In this document: positions 12,281 to 22,756 of the stretch, piece by piece
Layout: each line of letters opens with the position of its first letter
Position numbering within the stretch: the first letter of the stretch is position 1
From: Octopus sinensis
Lineage: Eukaryota
Assembly: GCF_006345805.1 (NCBI RefSeq)
Contig: NW_021836349.1
Span: 1-24,330, forward strand
Direction: 5' to 3'
DNA: 24,330 nt
The notes under the pieces: model-generated
Databases searched by the model: none
Seen by the model: only the letters and a program-made list of their open reading frames with translations
Told to the model about the DNA's origin: nothing
Position numbers and translations under genes: made by a program

Positions 12281-12344
12281 ATTATTATTATTAATTATTA
12301 TTATTATATTATTATTATTATTATTTTATTATTATCATTATTCA

Positions 12345-12830
12345 GTAGTTTTATTTTTATAGCGTGCTTTCACTTCAACCGAGCACAGCTCTGTGTGCCT
12401 TGGGTATGTGCTGTGATTTGTTGTGATGCTCTGATGGTTATTGTATGGAAAGTGTTCTGCGTAGGATGTGTGCAGTGCCTAGTAGTGCAATTTTCTGTAT
12501 GTTATATGTGTTTGTAAGTCCTGGTGTTTTTGTTATGTATTTGTCTGAATTTTTTTATCATGCCTAATGCACCTACTATGATAGGAATTGTTTCTGTTTT
12601 CAGATTCCACATTCTAGTTACCTCTATTTCCAGGTCTTTGTATTTTGAGAGTTTCTCCATTTCTTTTAGAGACACGTTGTCATCAGCCGGTATTGATAGA
12701 TCAATTAGAAAGCATTTTTTTTCTTCATGATCTCTGACAACTATATCTGGTCTGTTGGCCTTAATTTCTCTATCTAATAATAATAACAACAACAATAATA
12801 ATAATAATAATAATGATAATAATAATAATT

Positions 12831-12862
<32 letters not shown>

Positions 12863-13107
12863 AATAATAATAATAATGATAATAATAATAATAACAACAA
12901 CAATAATAATAATAATAATGATAATATCCCAGAGTATGGTTGCTTTCTCGTTTTCTGTGACCTTTTCTGGTGTGTGCCTATACCATCTTTTTTCTGTTGT
13001 TATTCCATAATGTTGGCATAGCTTCCAGTGTATGTAGGTTCCAACTCTGTCATGTCTGTGAATATATTCCTTCTTAGCCAAGACTGGGCAGCTAGAGATA
13101 ATATGAT
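12345..13107 (-). mobile_element. 5'-truncated RLE-type non-LTR retrotransposon (R4/Dong-like) 3' end
   Basis: HIISSCPVLAKKEYIHRHD (end of the Zn knuckle), ILWD...REIKANRPDIVV...CFLIDLSIPADDNVSLKEMEKLSKYKDL (PD..D..K restriction-like endonuclease), PIIVGALG and QKIALLGTAHILRRTL. Flanked by (TAA)n-type arrays and interrupted at 12775-12922. Confidence 0.85.
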
Positions 13108-13135
13108 TTATTGTTTATTATTTATTGATTTATTG

Positions 13136-13187
<52 letters not shown>

Positions 13188-13525
13188 GGAGAGGGAAGTG
13201 TTGCCTTGTAGCAAGTTTTTTGAAAGGTGGGTGACTGTTGGAAGAATGGCCAGTGTGAAAGGACCAATTCTGAGCATGCACCTGTAAACAAAAGAAGGGC
13301 TCTTGCGCTGTTGTTCAGACACCCGAGGTTTTTGTGGATTTTTTTTCCACGAGGTCCTTAAAGCGCCTCACCTATCGGGAGTTTTAAATTGTTTAATTCT
13401 TAATCGTTATTTATATTATATTTTACACGTTGTGAAACCCTTTGTATCGTCCTGTTTTTGTCTTTTATGTTGCTGTATGTCACATAATGTAACTTTATGT
13501 AAGCCCTTGTGGCCAATAAACGTAT
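13188..13525 (+). mobile_element. Probable LINE 3' end fragment
   Basis: Short frame FERWVTVGRMASVKG, then an AT-rich UTR, AATAAA near 13516 and a microsatellite tail. Family not determined. Confidence 0.35.
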
Positions 13526-13542
13526 TATCCTCATCATCATCA

Positions 13543-13604
<62 letters not shown>

Positions 13605-14031
13605 ATCATCATCATCATCATCAAAATTATTATTATTATTATTATATTATTATTATATTATTATTATTATTATCATCATCATCATCATCATCATCATAAT
13701 TATTATTATTATTATTATTATTATTATTGTTATCATTATAATTATATTATTATCATTATCATTATTATTATTATTATCATCATCATCATCATCATCATCA
13801 TCATAATTATTATTATTATCATTATTATTATTATTATTATTGTTGTTGTTATTATTATTATTATCATTATTATTATTATTATCATCATCATCATCATCAT
13901 CATAATTATTATTATTATCATTATTATTATTATTATTGTTGTTGTTGTTATTATTATTATTATCATTATTATTATTATTGTTGTTGTTGTTATTAATATT
14001 ATTATTATTATTATTATTGTTGTTGTTCTTG

Positions 14032-14071
<40 letters not shown>

Positions 14072-14072
14072 C
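13526..14072. repeat. Higher-order compound (ATT/ATC/GTT)n microsatellite abutting the exon acceptor
   Basis: About 545 bp of triplet repeats with a recurring ATT/ATC/GTT block pattern. Confidence 0.95.
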
Positions 14073-14076
14073 GTAG

Positions 14077-14640
14077 GTTGTGAAGGAAAGCCAGCCGAGA
14101 TCGTGTATATCATCGATGACTCTCGCAGTATTCGTAAGAGCGATTTCGAGAAGCAGATCGACTTTGTCGTTGATGTCACAAAAACGTTTCCCATCGGTGC
14201 TGATAAAGTGAGGGTCGGTGCTGTGACCTTTGGTGATAAAATTATTACAAAAAATACATTCCCATTGACGAAGTACACTGACGAAAAAAGCCTCTTGACT
14301 GGACTAGCTAACATTATATTCAGCCCAGATGACGGTGGAAGCACAGAGACTGCCAAAGCTATTTCATATGCACGTAAAAGTATATTCGTCGATTCCCGAC
14401 CAGGTGTTGCGAAAATTGCCATTATACTCACCGACGGAGAGTCAACCGTAAAATACAAAACACTTGCAGAAGCAAAATTAGCAAAGAGTCTCGGCATAAC
14501 TATAATTACGATTGGTGTCGGCGACAAAGTTGATGAAGCGGAACTGATAGATGTCGCGAGTCCCGACAGTTCTTTCACTGTGAACAGCTTTGACGCGTTG
14601 CAGCAAATTAAAGTGAAATTAGGAATGAAAGCCTGTGAAG
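14077..14640 (+). CDS. VWA gene exon: von Willebrand factor A domain 1, MIDAS intact (564 nt, phase 1-1)
   Basis: CEGKPAEIVYIIDDSRS (DxSxS) ... GGSTET ... IAIILTDG ... ITIGVG ... KACE. Acceptor CGTAG|14077, donor GAAG|GTGATT. Flanking Cys pair typical of extracellular VWA domains. Confidence 0.93.
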
Positions 14641-14679
14641 GTGATTAAAAAAAAAATAAATATTTTATTAACATTTCCT

Positions 14680-14981
14680 CTTTTGTTTGATTCAGTCGTT
14701 TGACTGCGGCCATGCTGGGGCATCGCCTTGAAGAATTTTTAGTCGAACGAATCGACTCAAGTAGTAGGTTTTTTTTTTTTTTTTTTTCTTCACCTTAAAG
14801 CCTGAGTCTTATTCTATCTGTCGCTTTTGCCAAACCACTTGGATACGGTGACGTAAACAGACCAACACAGGTTGAGAAGCAGTGGTGTGTGTGTGGGGGG
14901 GAGAAACATAGACACAGACATACCGACATACAGACACACACACGCATGCACTCACACACGCATACTCACACACACACGCAT

Positions 14982-15024
<43 letters not shown>

Positions 15025-15193
15025 ACACACACACGCATACACACATTTACGACGGGCTTCTGTCCACGAAATCCTCTCACAAGGCCTTGGTCGGCAAGTA
15101 GAAGACACTTGCCCAGGTGCCACGCGGTAAGTTAGAACCCAAAACCATGTGATCGTGGAGTAAACTTCTTACCACGCAGACAAGCCCGCACCT
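14680..15193 (-). mobile_element. tRNA-derived SINE family D with internal (CA)n
   Basis: Homologous to 783-1108 and 16538-17130. Confidence 0.7.
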
Positions 15194-15347
15194 AATTCCC
15201 CACCATCCAAAAAACTCCATAATTTCATCACTCATCGTCTTACTACGTCATCATTAGTATGATGACGTCTTACAACGTCATCGTCAATTCGACCCCTTAT
15301 TTCCTTAATTGTTTTTTCTATTTGCTGCTACCAAATATCTTCATCTA

Positions 15348-16523
15348 CAGTAAGAGTTCTGAACAGGGGTCCATATGGCCCTTGAAGGTCCATATAAAAT
15401 TTTTGGGATCCACCACAACAAGATGGTAAATTAGGGACCCACAATAGTATTTTAAGGGGCTCCTGGAAAAATTTTGCTTTGGATGTATGTATTATTCTTT
15501 ATTGTAGGAAAGGCGGCGAGTTGGTAGAGTGGTTAGAACGCCGGGCGAAATGCTTGGCGGTATTTCGTCTGCCGTTACGTTCTGAGTTCAAATTCTACCG
15601 AGGTTGACTTTGCCTTTCATCCTTTCGGGGTCGATTAAATAAGTACCAGTTACGCACTGGGGTCGATATAATCGACTTAATCCGTTTGTCTGTCCTTATT
15701 TGTCCCCTCTGTGTATAGCCCCTTGTGGGTAGTTAAGAAATAGGTATTTCGTCTGCCGTTACGTTCTGAGTTCAAATTTCGCAGAGATCGACTTTGCCTT
15801 TCATCGTTTCGGGGTCGATAAATTAAGTACCAGTTACGCACTGGGGTCGATATAATCGACTTAATCCGTTTGTCTGTCCTTATTTGTCCCCTCTGTGTAT
15901 AGCCCCTTGTGGGTAGTAAAGAAATAGGTATTTCGTCTGTCTTTACGTTCTGAGGTCAAATTCCGCAGAGATCGACTTTAACTTTCATCCTTTCGGGGTC
16001 AATAAATTAAGTACCAGTTACGCACTGGAGTCGATATAATCGACTTAATCCGTTTGTCTGTCCTTATTTGTCCCCTCTGTGTATAGCCCCTTGTGGGTAG
16101 TAAAGAAATAGGTATTTCGTCTGTCTTTACGATCTGAGTTCAAATTCCGCAGAGATCGACTTTGCCTTTCATCGTTTCGGGGTCGATAAATTAAGTACCA
16201 TTTGCGTACAGGGGTAGATCTAATCGACTGGCCCCCCCCACCTCCCACAAAATTTCGGGCCTTGTGCCTGGAGCAGAAAAGAGCAGAAACGGATTTAATG
16301 CAGGAAGCAGCTGGGTTTCTTTCTCTAACTTTTTCCTAGTTTCAAACGTATACAAATTAATAATGTGAAAAACGAAATAGGAATTTTGAAAAAAAGTTTC
16401 TATAAAACTAGTTTTTAAACATCAAATGGCTATAGGGCAAGAGGTGGGGGGAAGCACCAGACTTGAATAATGATCCAAGGGGTCCATAGATTAAAAAAAA
16501 AAAAGGGGGATTGAGAACTCCTG
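15348..16523. mobile_element. Possible hAT-type MITE hosting the nested SINE multimer
   Basis: Imperfect ends (T)AAGAGTTCTGAAC and ATTGAGAACTCCTG, plus GGGGTCCAT subterminal motifs. No convincing TSD. Confidence 0.35.
15511..16280 (+). mobile_element. SINE family C multimer: one head plus four bodies at 184-bp spacing
   Basis: TATTTCGTCTG at 15561, 15745, 15929 and 16113. The last unit ends in a different tail (ACTGGCCCCCCC...CTTGTGCCTGGAG). Confidence 0.88.
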
Positions 16524-16537
16524 ATCTTTATTCGTTT

Positions 16538-17130
16538 ATTCTTTTACTTGTTTCAGTCATTTGACTGCGGCCATGCCGGAGCATCGCCTCAAGGGGTTTT
16601 AGTCGGAAAAAATCGACCTCAGGACTTATTCTTTGTAAGCCTAGTACTTATTCTATTGGTGTCTTTTTCCGAACCGCTAAGTTGCGGGGACGTAAACACA
16701 CCAGCATCGGTTGTCAAGCGATGTTCGTGGGGACAAGCACAGACACACAAACATACACACACACACACACACACACATACATACATACATACATACATAC
16801 ATACATACATACATACATACAACACACATATATACATATATACACACATACATATATATATATATATATACATACATGTATACGACGGGTTTCTTTCATC
16901 GCCTCAAGGGGTTTTAGTCGAAAAAATCGACCTCAGGACTTATTCTTTGTAAGCCTAGTACTTATTTTATCGGTCTCTTTTTCCGAACCGCTAAGTCACG
17001 GGGAGATTAACACACCAACATTATATTTATATAATAGAAGACATTCACCCAAGGTGTCTCGCAGTGGGACTGAACCCGAAGCTATATGGTTGGGAAATAA
17101 ACTTCTTACCACATGGCTATGCTTGCGCCT
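16538..17130 (-). mobile_element. tRNA-derived SINE family D with internal duplication
   Basis: CATCGCCTCAAGGGG...ACACCA(G/A)CAT occurs twice (about 16583 and 16898). Confidence 0.75.
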
Positions 17131-17225
17131 ATTGTTTATTTTATTTTATTTTATTTTACAGTTACTCTATTTTATTTTATTTTATTTTATTTTATTTTAT
17201 TTTATTTTATTTTATTTCATAACAG

Positions 17226-17360
17226 CGCCCACTACGATACCTCCACCCACAACAACACCTCCGCCCACTACCACAACAACTCAGCCTACTACCACCACGA
17301 CTCTGCCTACTACCACCACGACTCTGCCTACCACAACGACACCGATGCCAAAAGATGAAC
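17226..17360 (+). CDS. VWA gene exon: Pro/Thr mucin-like linker (135 nt, phase 1-1)
   Basis: Acceptor AACAG|17226 after (ATTTT)n, donor C|GTGAGT. Reads (A)PTTIPPPTTTPPPTTTTTQPTTTTTLPTTTTTLPTTTTPMPKDE with varied codons, so it is not a simple microsatellite. Confidence 0.87.
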
Positions 17361-17756
17361 GTGAGTATCGATACGTTTCTTTCTTGAACTGCTTCCATCT
17401 GCCCATCTGTCTTTCTGGTGATCTGTCTGTCCGTCTTTTGCCTGCCTGTCTGCCTGTCTGTCAGTTTGTCTGTCTATGTGCTTGTGTGTCTGCCAGTTTG
17501 TTTGTTAATCTGTCTGTCTCCCTAATTCCCTTGTGAAACTTGTCCCTTCTCATGTTTTCTCATCCTTTTTGTTCATTCAACATTATACAGCACAAATGGA
17601 ATTAAACAAAAATACATACGATAAAGATAACCTTAAACATAATAATAATAATATGAAATTAATAATAAATAATGAAGAAACTTCTACACGATGCAATAAA
17701 AAACCTTGAAAAAATAATGATAGGCAAAGAACTAAATATAATAATAATAATAAATA

Positions 17757-17980
17757 AAGACCCCCTTCGGTCATGAGTGACCATGGGTTTGCACCTAGAG
17801 AGTTACCCTCTGAGGCACAAGTCTGGGCAAGGTTGTTTTATGGAAGACCAGTAGTCGCCCATGCATACCGGCCTCCCCTCTCCACGCCACCAGTGTTATC
17901 CAAGGGAAAGACAAAGGTCGATACAGCTTGGCACCTGTGACGTCGCAACTCATTTCTACAGCTGAGTGAACTGGAGTACT
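17757..17980 (-). mobile_element. 5'-truncated SINE: CORE-type body (as head B) with a distinct tail W
   Basis: CTCCAGTTCACTCAGCTGTAGAAATGAG on the minus strand matches 7045-7080 and 20005-20030, followed by an unrelated ~190-nt tail. Confidence 0.6.
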
Positions 17981-18417
17981 CAATGAAAAATATACAAATC
18001 CCCAAAACCAATATATAATTGTAATAAACTACCTAAGAGGAGTGGAGGGAGAGACATTATTTGGTACACACCTCCATTTTCATTGAATGTCAAGGGTCTA
18101 GCAAAAAAAGTTTTTAAATATAGTTAAAAAATGTTTTCCTAGGGATCATAAATATCATCATATATTTAATAGATCATCAATTAAAATATCCTTCTCTACA
18201 ACACCAAACACAGGATCTGTTATCGCCTGTTCTAATAAAAGAAAAATTAACAAATATAAAAATAGCCATAATAATGATGACAATAGCAATAACAATAGTA
18301 ATAATAGTGATGATGATGGTAATGGTGATAAAAATAAAAATAATAATAGTAATAATAATAATAAGATAAGAACCAATAATTGGAGTTTATGTAATACTCA
18401 TAATACTGGAATACATA

Positions 18418-18677
18418 GTCACGTGACCGACCAGACCGTCAGATGTTGTTACACAATGTTCGCATTGTTTTTAGCCTTCAAATGACGTCACCCCGCTGGC
18501 TAAGCGAGCAGAAGAAAGAGTGAGAGAAAGAGTGGTGAAAAAGTACAGCAGGGATCACCATCCCCTGCCGGAGCCTCGTGGAGCTTTTAGGTGTTTTCGC
18601 TCAATAAACACTCACAACGCCCGGTCTGGGAATCGAAACCACTAGGTGCCCTAACCACTAGGCCATTGCGCCTCCAC
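18418..18677 (-). mobile_element. tRNA-derived SINE (head A, tail Y) with a 13-bp TSD
   Basis: ACTGGAATACATA at 18405-18417 and 18678-18690. Head and body match 10630-10830. Confidence 0.85.
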
Positions 18678-19087
18678 ACTGGAATACATAATAATAATAA
18701 TACTAATATAAAAAATCTTTAAATTCTAAATACAATACAAGTGAAAATATAGAAAATGCCTTAGACATACACCACAAGATAATAATAATATAAATAATAA
18801 CTTAAAAGCAATAAATATACGTAATTCTACAACAAATAATAATATAATAAATTCAACAATAATACCACCGACTGCAAATAACCCTAACAATAATAGATAC
18901 GACATAGCTGAATATAAATACAATGATAAAAATAAGAATTGCTCCTGTAAAAATAAAAAAAAATATGTCCTTTAAATGTCCTTTAATCCCTTTGTCTGTC
19001 CTTGTTTGTCCCCTCTATGTTTAGCCCCTTGTGGGTAGTAAAGAAATATATTTATCCTGTACCGGCATTTATTTTTTTAAATTCCAG

Positions 19088-19255
19088 CCTGTGACAAAAA
19101 CATAGACGTTAATTTCGTGTTTGACTCTGCAATGTTGGGTGACCAAAGTACAAAGGATGTTATTAGTTTCATCGAGAGTTCGATCTCTGAGAAGGACCTT
19201 GATAAAAGCAACATCAGGTTTGGAGCAGTTTCTGGACCTTGCGAGAAAGTGTATG
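19088..19255 (+). CDS. VWA gene exon: N-terminal part of VWA domain 2 (168 nt, phase 1-1); absent from the ORF track
   Basis: TTCCAG|19088 acceptor and G|GTAAGT donor. Reads (P)CDKNIDVNFVFDSAMLGDQSTKDVISFIESSISEKDLDKSNIRFGAVSGPCEKVY, matching the VWA betaA-alpha1-betaB pattern. Confidence 0.87.
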
Positions 19256-19300
19256 GTAAGTAAACTACAGTTATCAGCTTTTCCAATTAACGTATATCAT

Positions 19301-19650
19301 GGTACTCCGTTGGTTATGACGACGAGGGTTCCAGTTGATCCTGCTCGTGAAATTAACGTGCAAGTGGCTGAGCACTCCACAGACACGTGCACTCTTAACG
19401 TAGTTCTAAGGAAGATTCAGCGTGACACAGAGTGTGACAAAGCTGGCCCTTTGAAATACAGGTACAACAGAAACAAGAAGAGTGAGAGAAAGTTGTGGTG
19501 AAAGAGTACAGCAGGGTTCGCCACCACCACCTGTCGGAGCCTCGTAGAGCTTTAGGTGTTTTCGTTCAATAAACACTCACAATGCCCGGTCTGGGAATCG
19601 AAACTGCAATCCTACGACCACGAGTCCGCTGCCCTAACCACTGGGCCATT
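19301..19650 (-). mobile_element. tRNA-derived SINE (head A, tail X)
   Basis: Reverse complement of 10630-11132 without the duplication. Confidence 0.85.
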
Positions 19651-19894
19651 CTCTCTGAACTTTTTCTTCTTTTTGACGAAGTGCCATACTCGAAACGTCA
19701 CAACTCCTCTTTTCCCCATCTTAAACTTCCTCTGGCTGTTTTAATCTAACATATTCATTGTGCACGTTGTTTTGGCTTTTGTTGTTCTATATTTGTTTTT
19801 ATTTTTTGGCTTGCCTATACACATGCAGATACCTACCAACCTACATACATACATCCGTCCATATATACATATATGAAAAAATAAATAGTAAATG

Positions 19895-20125
19895 TTTCCT
19901 TCTCGAGCCACGCCAGCTTATGGGGGCCGGTTTCCCGGTTTCAGTGGCGTATATATTTCTCCACCTGGACGGGACGCCAGTCCATCGCAGGATGACTCAC
20001 TTTTGCCAGTTGAGTGGACTGGAGCAACGTGAAATGAAGTGTTTTGCTAAAGAACATAACGGGAATTGAAACCACAGTCTCACGTTCATGAGTCCAACAC
20101 CTCTAACCACTAAGTCACGCGCCCT
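19895..20125 (-). mobile_element. tRNA-derived CORE-type SINE (head B, tail Z)
   Basis: Head and body match 7045-7186. The tail CCTGCGATGGACTGGCGTCCCGTCCAGG... differs from the other copies. Confidence 0.75.
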
Positions 20126-20209
20126 CACTCCTACACACACACACACCACACACACACACACACACACCACACACACCACACACACACACACACATATATA
20201 TATATAACA

Positions 20210-20377
20210 AAGGCGGCGAGCTGGCAGAAACGTTAGCACGTCGGGCGAAATGCGTAGCCGTATTTCGTCTGCCGTTACGCTGTGAGTTCAAATTCCGCCG
20301 AGGTCGACTTTGCCTTTCATCCTTCCGTGTCTGTCCTTGTTTGTCCCCTCTACGTTTAGCCCTTGTGGGTAGTAAAG

Positions 20378-20382
<5 letters not shown>
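20210..20382 (+). mobile_element. SINE family C with internal deletion and (TA)n tail
   Basis: Same head and B-box as 8691 and 15511. It jumps from CATCCTT to GTCTGTCCTTG. Confidence 0.8.
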
Positions 20383-20442
<60 letters not shown>

Positions 20443-20459
20443 ATTTTTTTGCATTACAG

Positions 20460-20837
20460 GTTTCAATCTGAATACATATGATACTAGAGATGAAATATTA
20501 AACCATTTTGATCAAATGCATCAAACAGCCTTCGCGCCGCTCATAACGACCGCATACAACGAATCTTTCCGCGTAGAAAATGGCGGTCGCGTTGGAGCAC
20601 GTAAGGTGGCCGTGTTTTTCTTGAAAGGAAAAGCGCAAGATCCTGTACTATTAGCTGAAAAGGCGAAATTTGCCAGAGAGCACGGTGTTGAAATTTTTGT
20701 GGTTGCTATGGACCAATTGAATTCAAGAACGCTCTTGGAAACTCTCGTGTCCCCTAAAGAAGACGAACATATCTTGGAAGGTTATAACGAAAATATGAAA
20801 TTTTTGAGCGGTGAGTTCGCGCGCCGCCTCTGCACAA
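20460..20837 (+). CDS. VWA gene exon: C-terminal part of VWA domain 2 (378 nt, phase 1-1)
   Basis: TTACAG|20460 acceptor and A|GTAAGT donor. Reads (G)FNLNTYDTRDEIL...GGRVGARKVAVFFLKG...GVEIFVVAM...LVSP...RRLCT. Confidence 0.9.
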
Positions 20838-20875
20838 GTAAGTACAGTTTTTACACAAGCCCATTCTCTCACTCT

Positions 20876-21638
<763 letters not shown>

Positions 21639-21640
21639 AC

Positions 21641-21880
21641 CACTGGTTCTCTACTGGGGTTCTTATGACCCTTTGAGAGTCGAGGCGTGGTTCATATAAG
21701 ATTATGCTATTGGAGCTTATGAACAACCAACTGGTTTTACCTCTCCAATGCATAAAATATATTCTAAACAGTTTTTAATAATATTTAAGTATAAAAATAG
21801 GATTTCTTTTAACATGGGGGTCCAGTAGAGCAAAGTAAGAACTAGAGGGTTCCATGGGCAAAAAACGGTGAAAACCACTG
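21641..21880. mobile_element. hAT-type MITE
   Basis: Ends CACTGGTTCTC and GAAAACCACTG (imperfect CAGTGGTT TIR). 8-bp flanks ATCTATAC and ATCTAGAC match at 7/8, consistent with a hAT TSD. Confidence 0.7.
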
Positions 21881-21955
21881 ATCTAGACACATACATAGGT
21901 ATCAAACATCATACTACATAAATACTTTTTTTTTTTAAACCATCGTCGCTTCTAG

Positions 21956-21987
21956 AGTATGCATCAAAATTACCAAAAGACAATTAA
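21956..21987 (+). CDS. Probable terminal coding exon of the VWA gene: (K)YASKLPKDN*
   Basis: T-run followed by CTTCTAG|21956, phase-1 compatible, stop at 21985-21987. Candidate polyA signal ATTAAA at 22204-22209. Confidence 0.5.
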
Positions 21988-22458
21988 GGAAAGTTCCATA
22001 TGAAAAGGGGAGATAACCTCAAAAATCATAGTTGACATGTTAAGGAAAACGATAAGGCTCTTGTAAGAAAAAGAGGGGATAGTCGTCGACACATGTTTCT
22101 GACTCAATAACCGTCTTTACCACGGAAGTCGTTCCACATTATCATCTGTAGGTAAAGGATTTAGGCTTATGCAAAAATCCTTGTGTCTGTGCGCGTGTGT
22201 AGTATTAAACACACGTGGTTGATCAGTCTATAGAGACACATGTATTTTTAAAAAGTATCTCTGAAAGCTCCCCATCCCCTGTACACATAGATACACACAC
22301 ACACATGAATACACACACACACACACACACACACGCGCGCGCGCATGTATGGCCGCAGTCTAATGACTGAGATACGCGGGAGATAAAGCTAAAAAAAACG
22401 AAACTTCCCCGCATCCCTGCATAATGCACGCATGCACACACACACACACAGACACACA

Positions 22459-22491
<33 letters not shown>

Positions 22492-22514
22492 GTCACAGAT
22501 GTGCACACGCACAG

Positions 22515-22598
22515 ATGCGCGCGCGCGAAAACTACCAGCGACAAATGAGAAAATGGCGCATGCGCTGTTGCCAAGGGAGACTACTGTTGCTTCGCGCT

Positions 22599-22631
<33 letters not shown>

Positions 22632-22640
22632 CTACCGCCG
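22515..22640. promoter_or_regulatory. GC/CpG-rich promoter-like island with E2F, YY1, NRF1 and RFX-like motifs and (GCC)11
   Basis: GCGCGAAA 22523-22530, AAAATGGCG 22550-22558, GCGCATGCGC 22556-22565, GTTGCCAAGGGAGAC 22567-22581, (GCC)11 22599-22631. Confidence 0.65.
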
Positions 22641-22682
22641 CTGCGTTCTACAATTGTACATGCAGCTTGTAACGTTCATGCT

Positions 22683-22756
22683 ATGTCTGTCAACCGTTTC
22701 AGATCGGGCATAAAGTACATTGATCGGGCGCTGCAGTTCGGCAACCATCCAATCAG
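22683..22756 (+). CDS. Possible first coding exon of a downstream gene (MSVNRFRSGIKYIDRALQFGNHPI)
   Basis: ATG downstream of the promoter-like island and donor CAG|GTGAGA at 22756/22757. Out-of-frame upstream ATGs exist, so the exon may be non-coding. Confidence 0.3.

Noticed and set aside
13509-14076. Poly-Ile/Tyr/His N-terminal extension of the 379-aa ORF
   Set aside because: It starts at GTG and is translated (ATT/ATC/GTT)n microsatellite. The real exon begins at the acceptor at 14077.
13742-14578. 278-aa minus-strand ORF
   Set aside because: It is the antisense shadow of the VWA1 exon plus microsatellite.
16682-17536. 284-aa ORF containing the Pro/Thr segment
   Set aside because: Only 17226-17360 is bounded by splice sites. 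The rest is SINE and microsatellite read-through.
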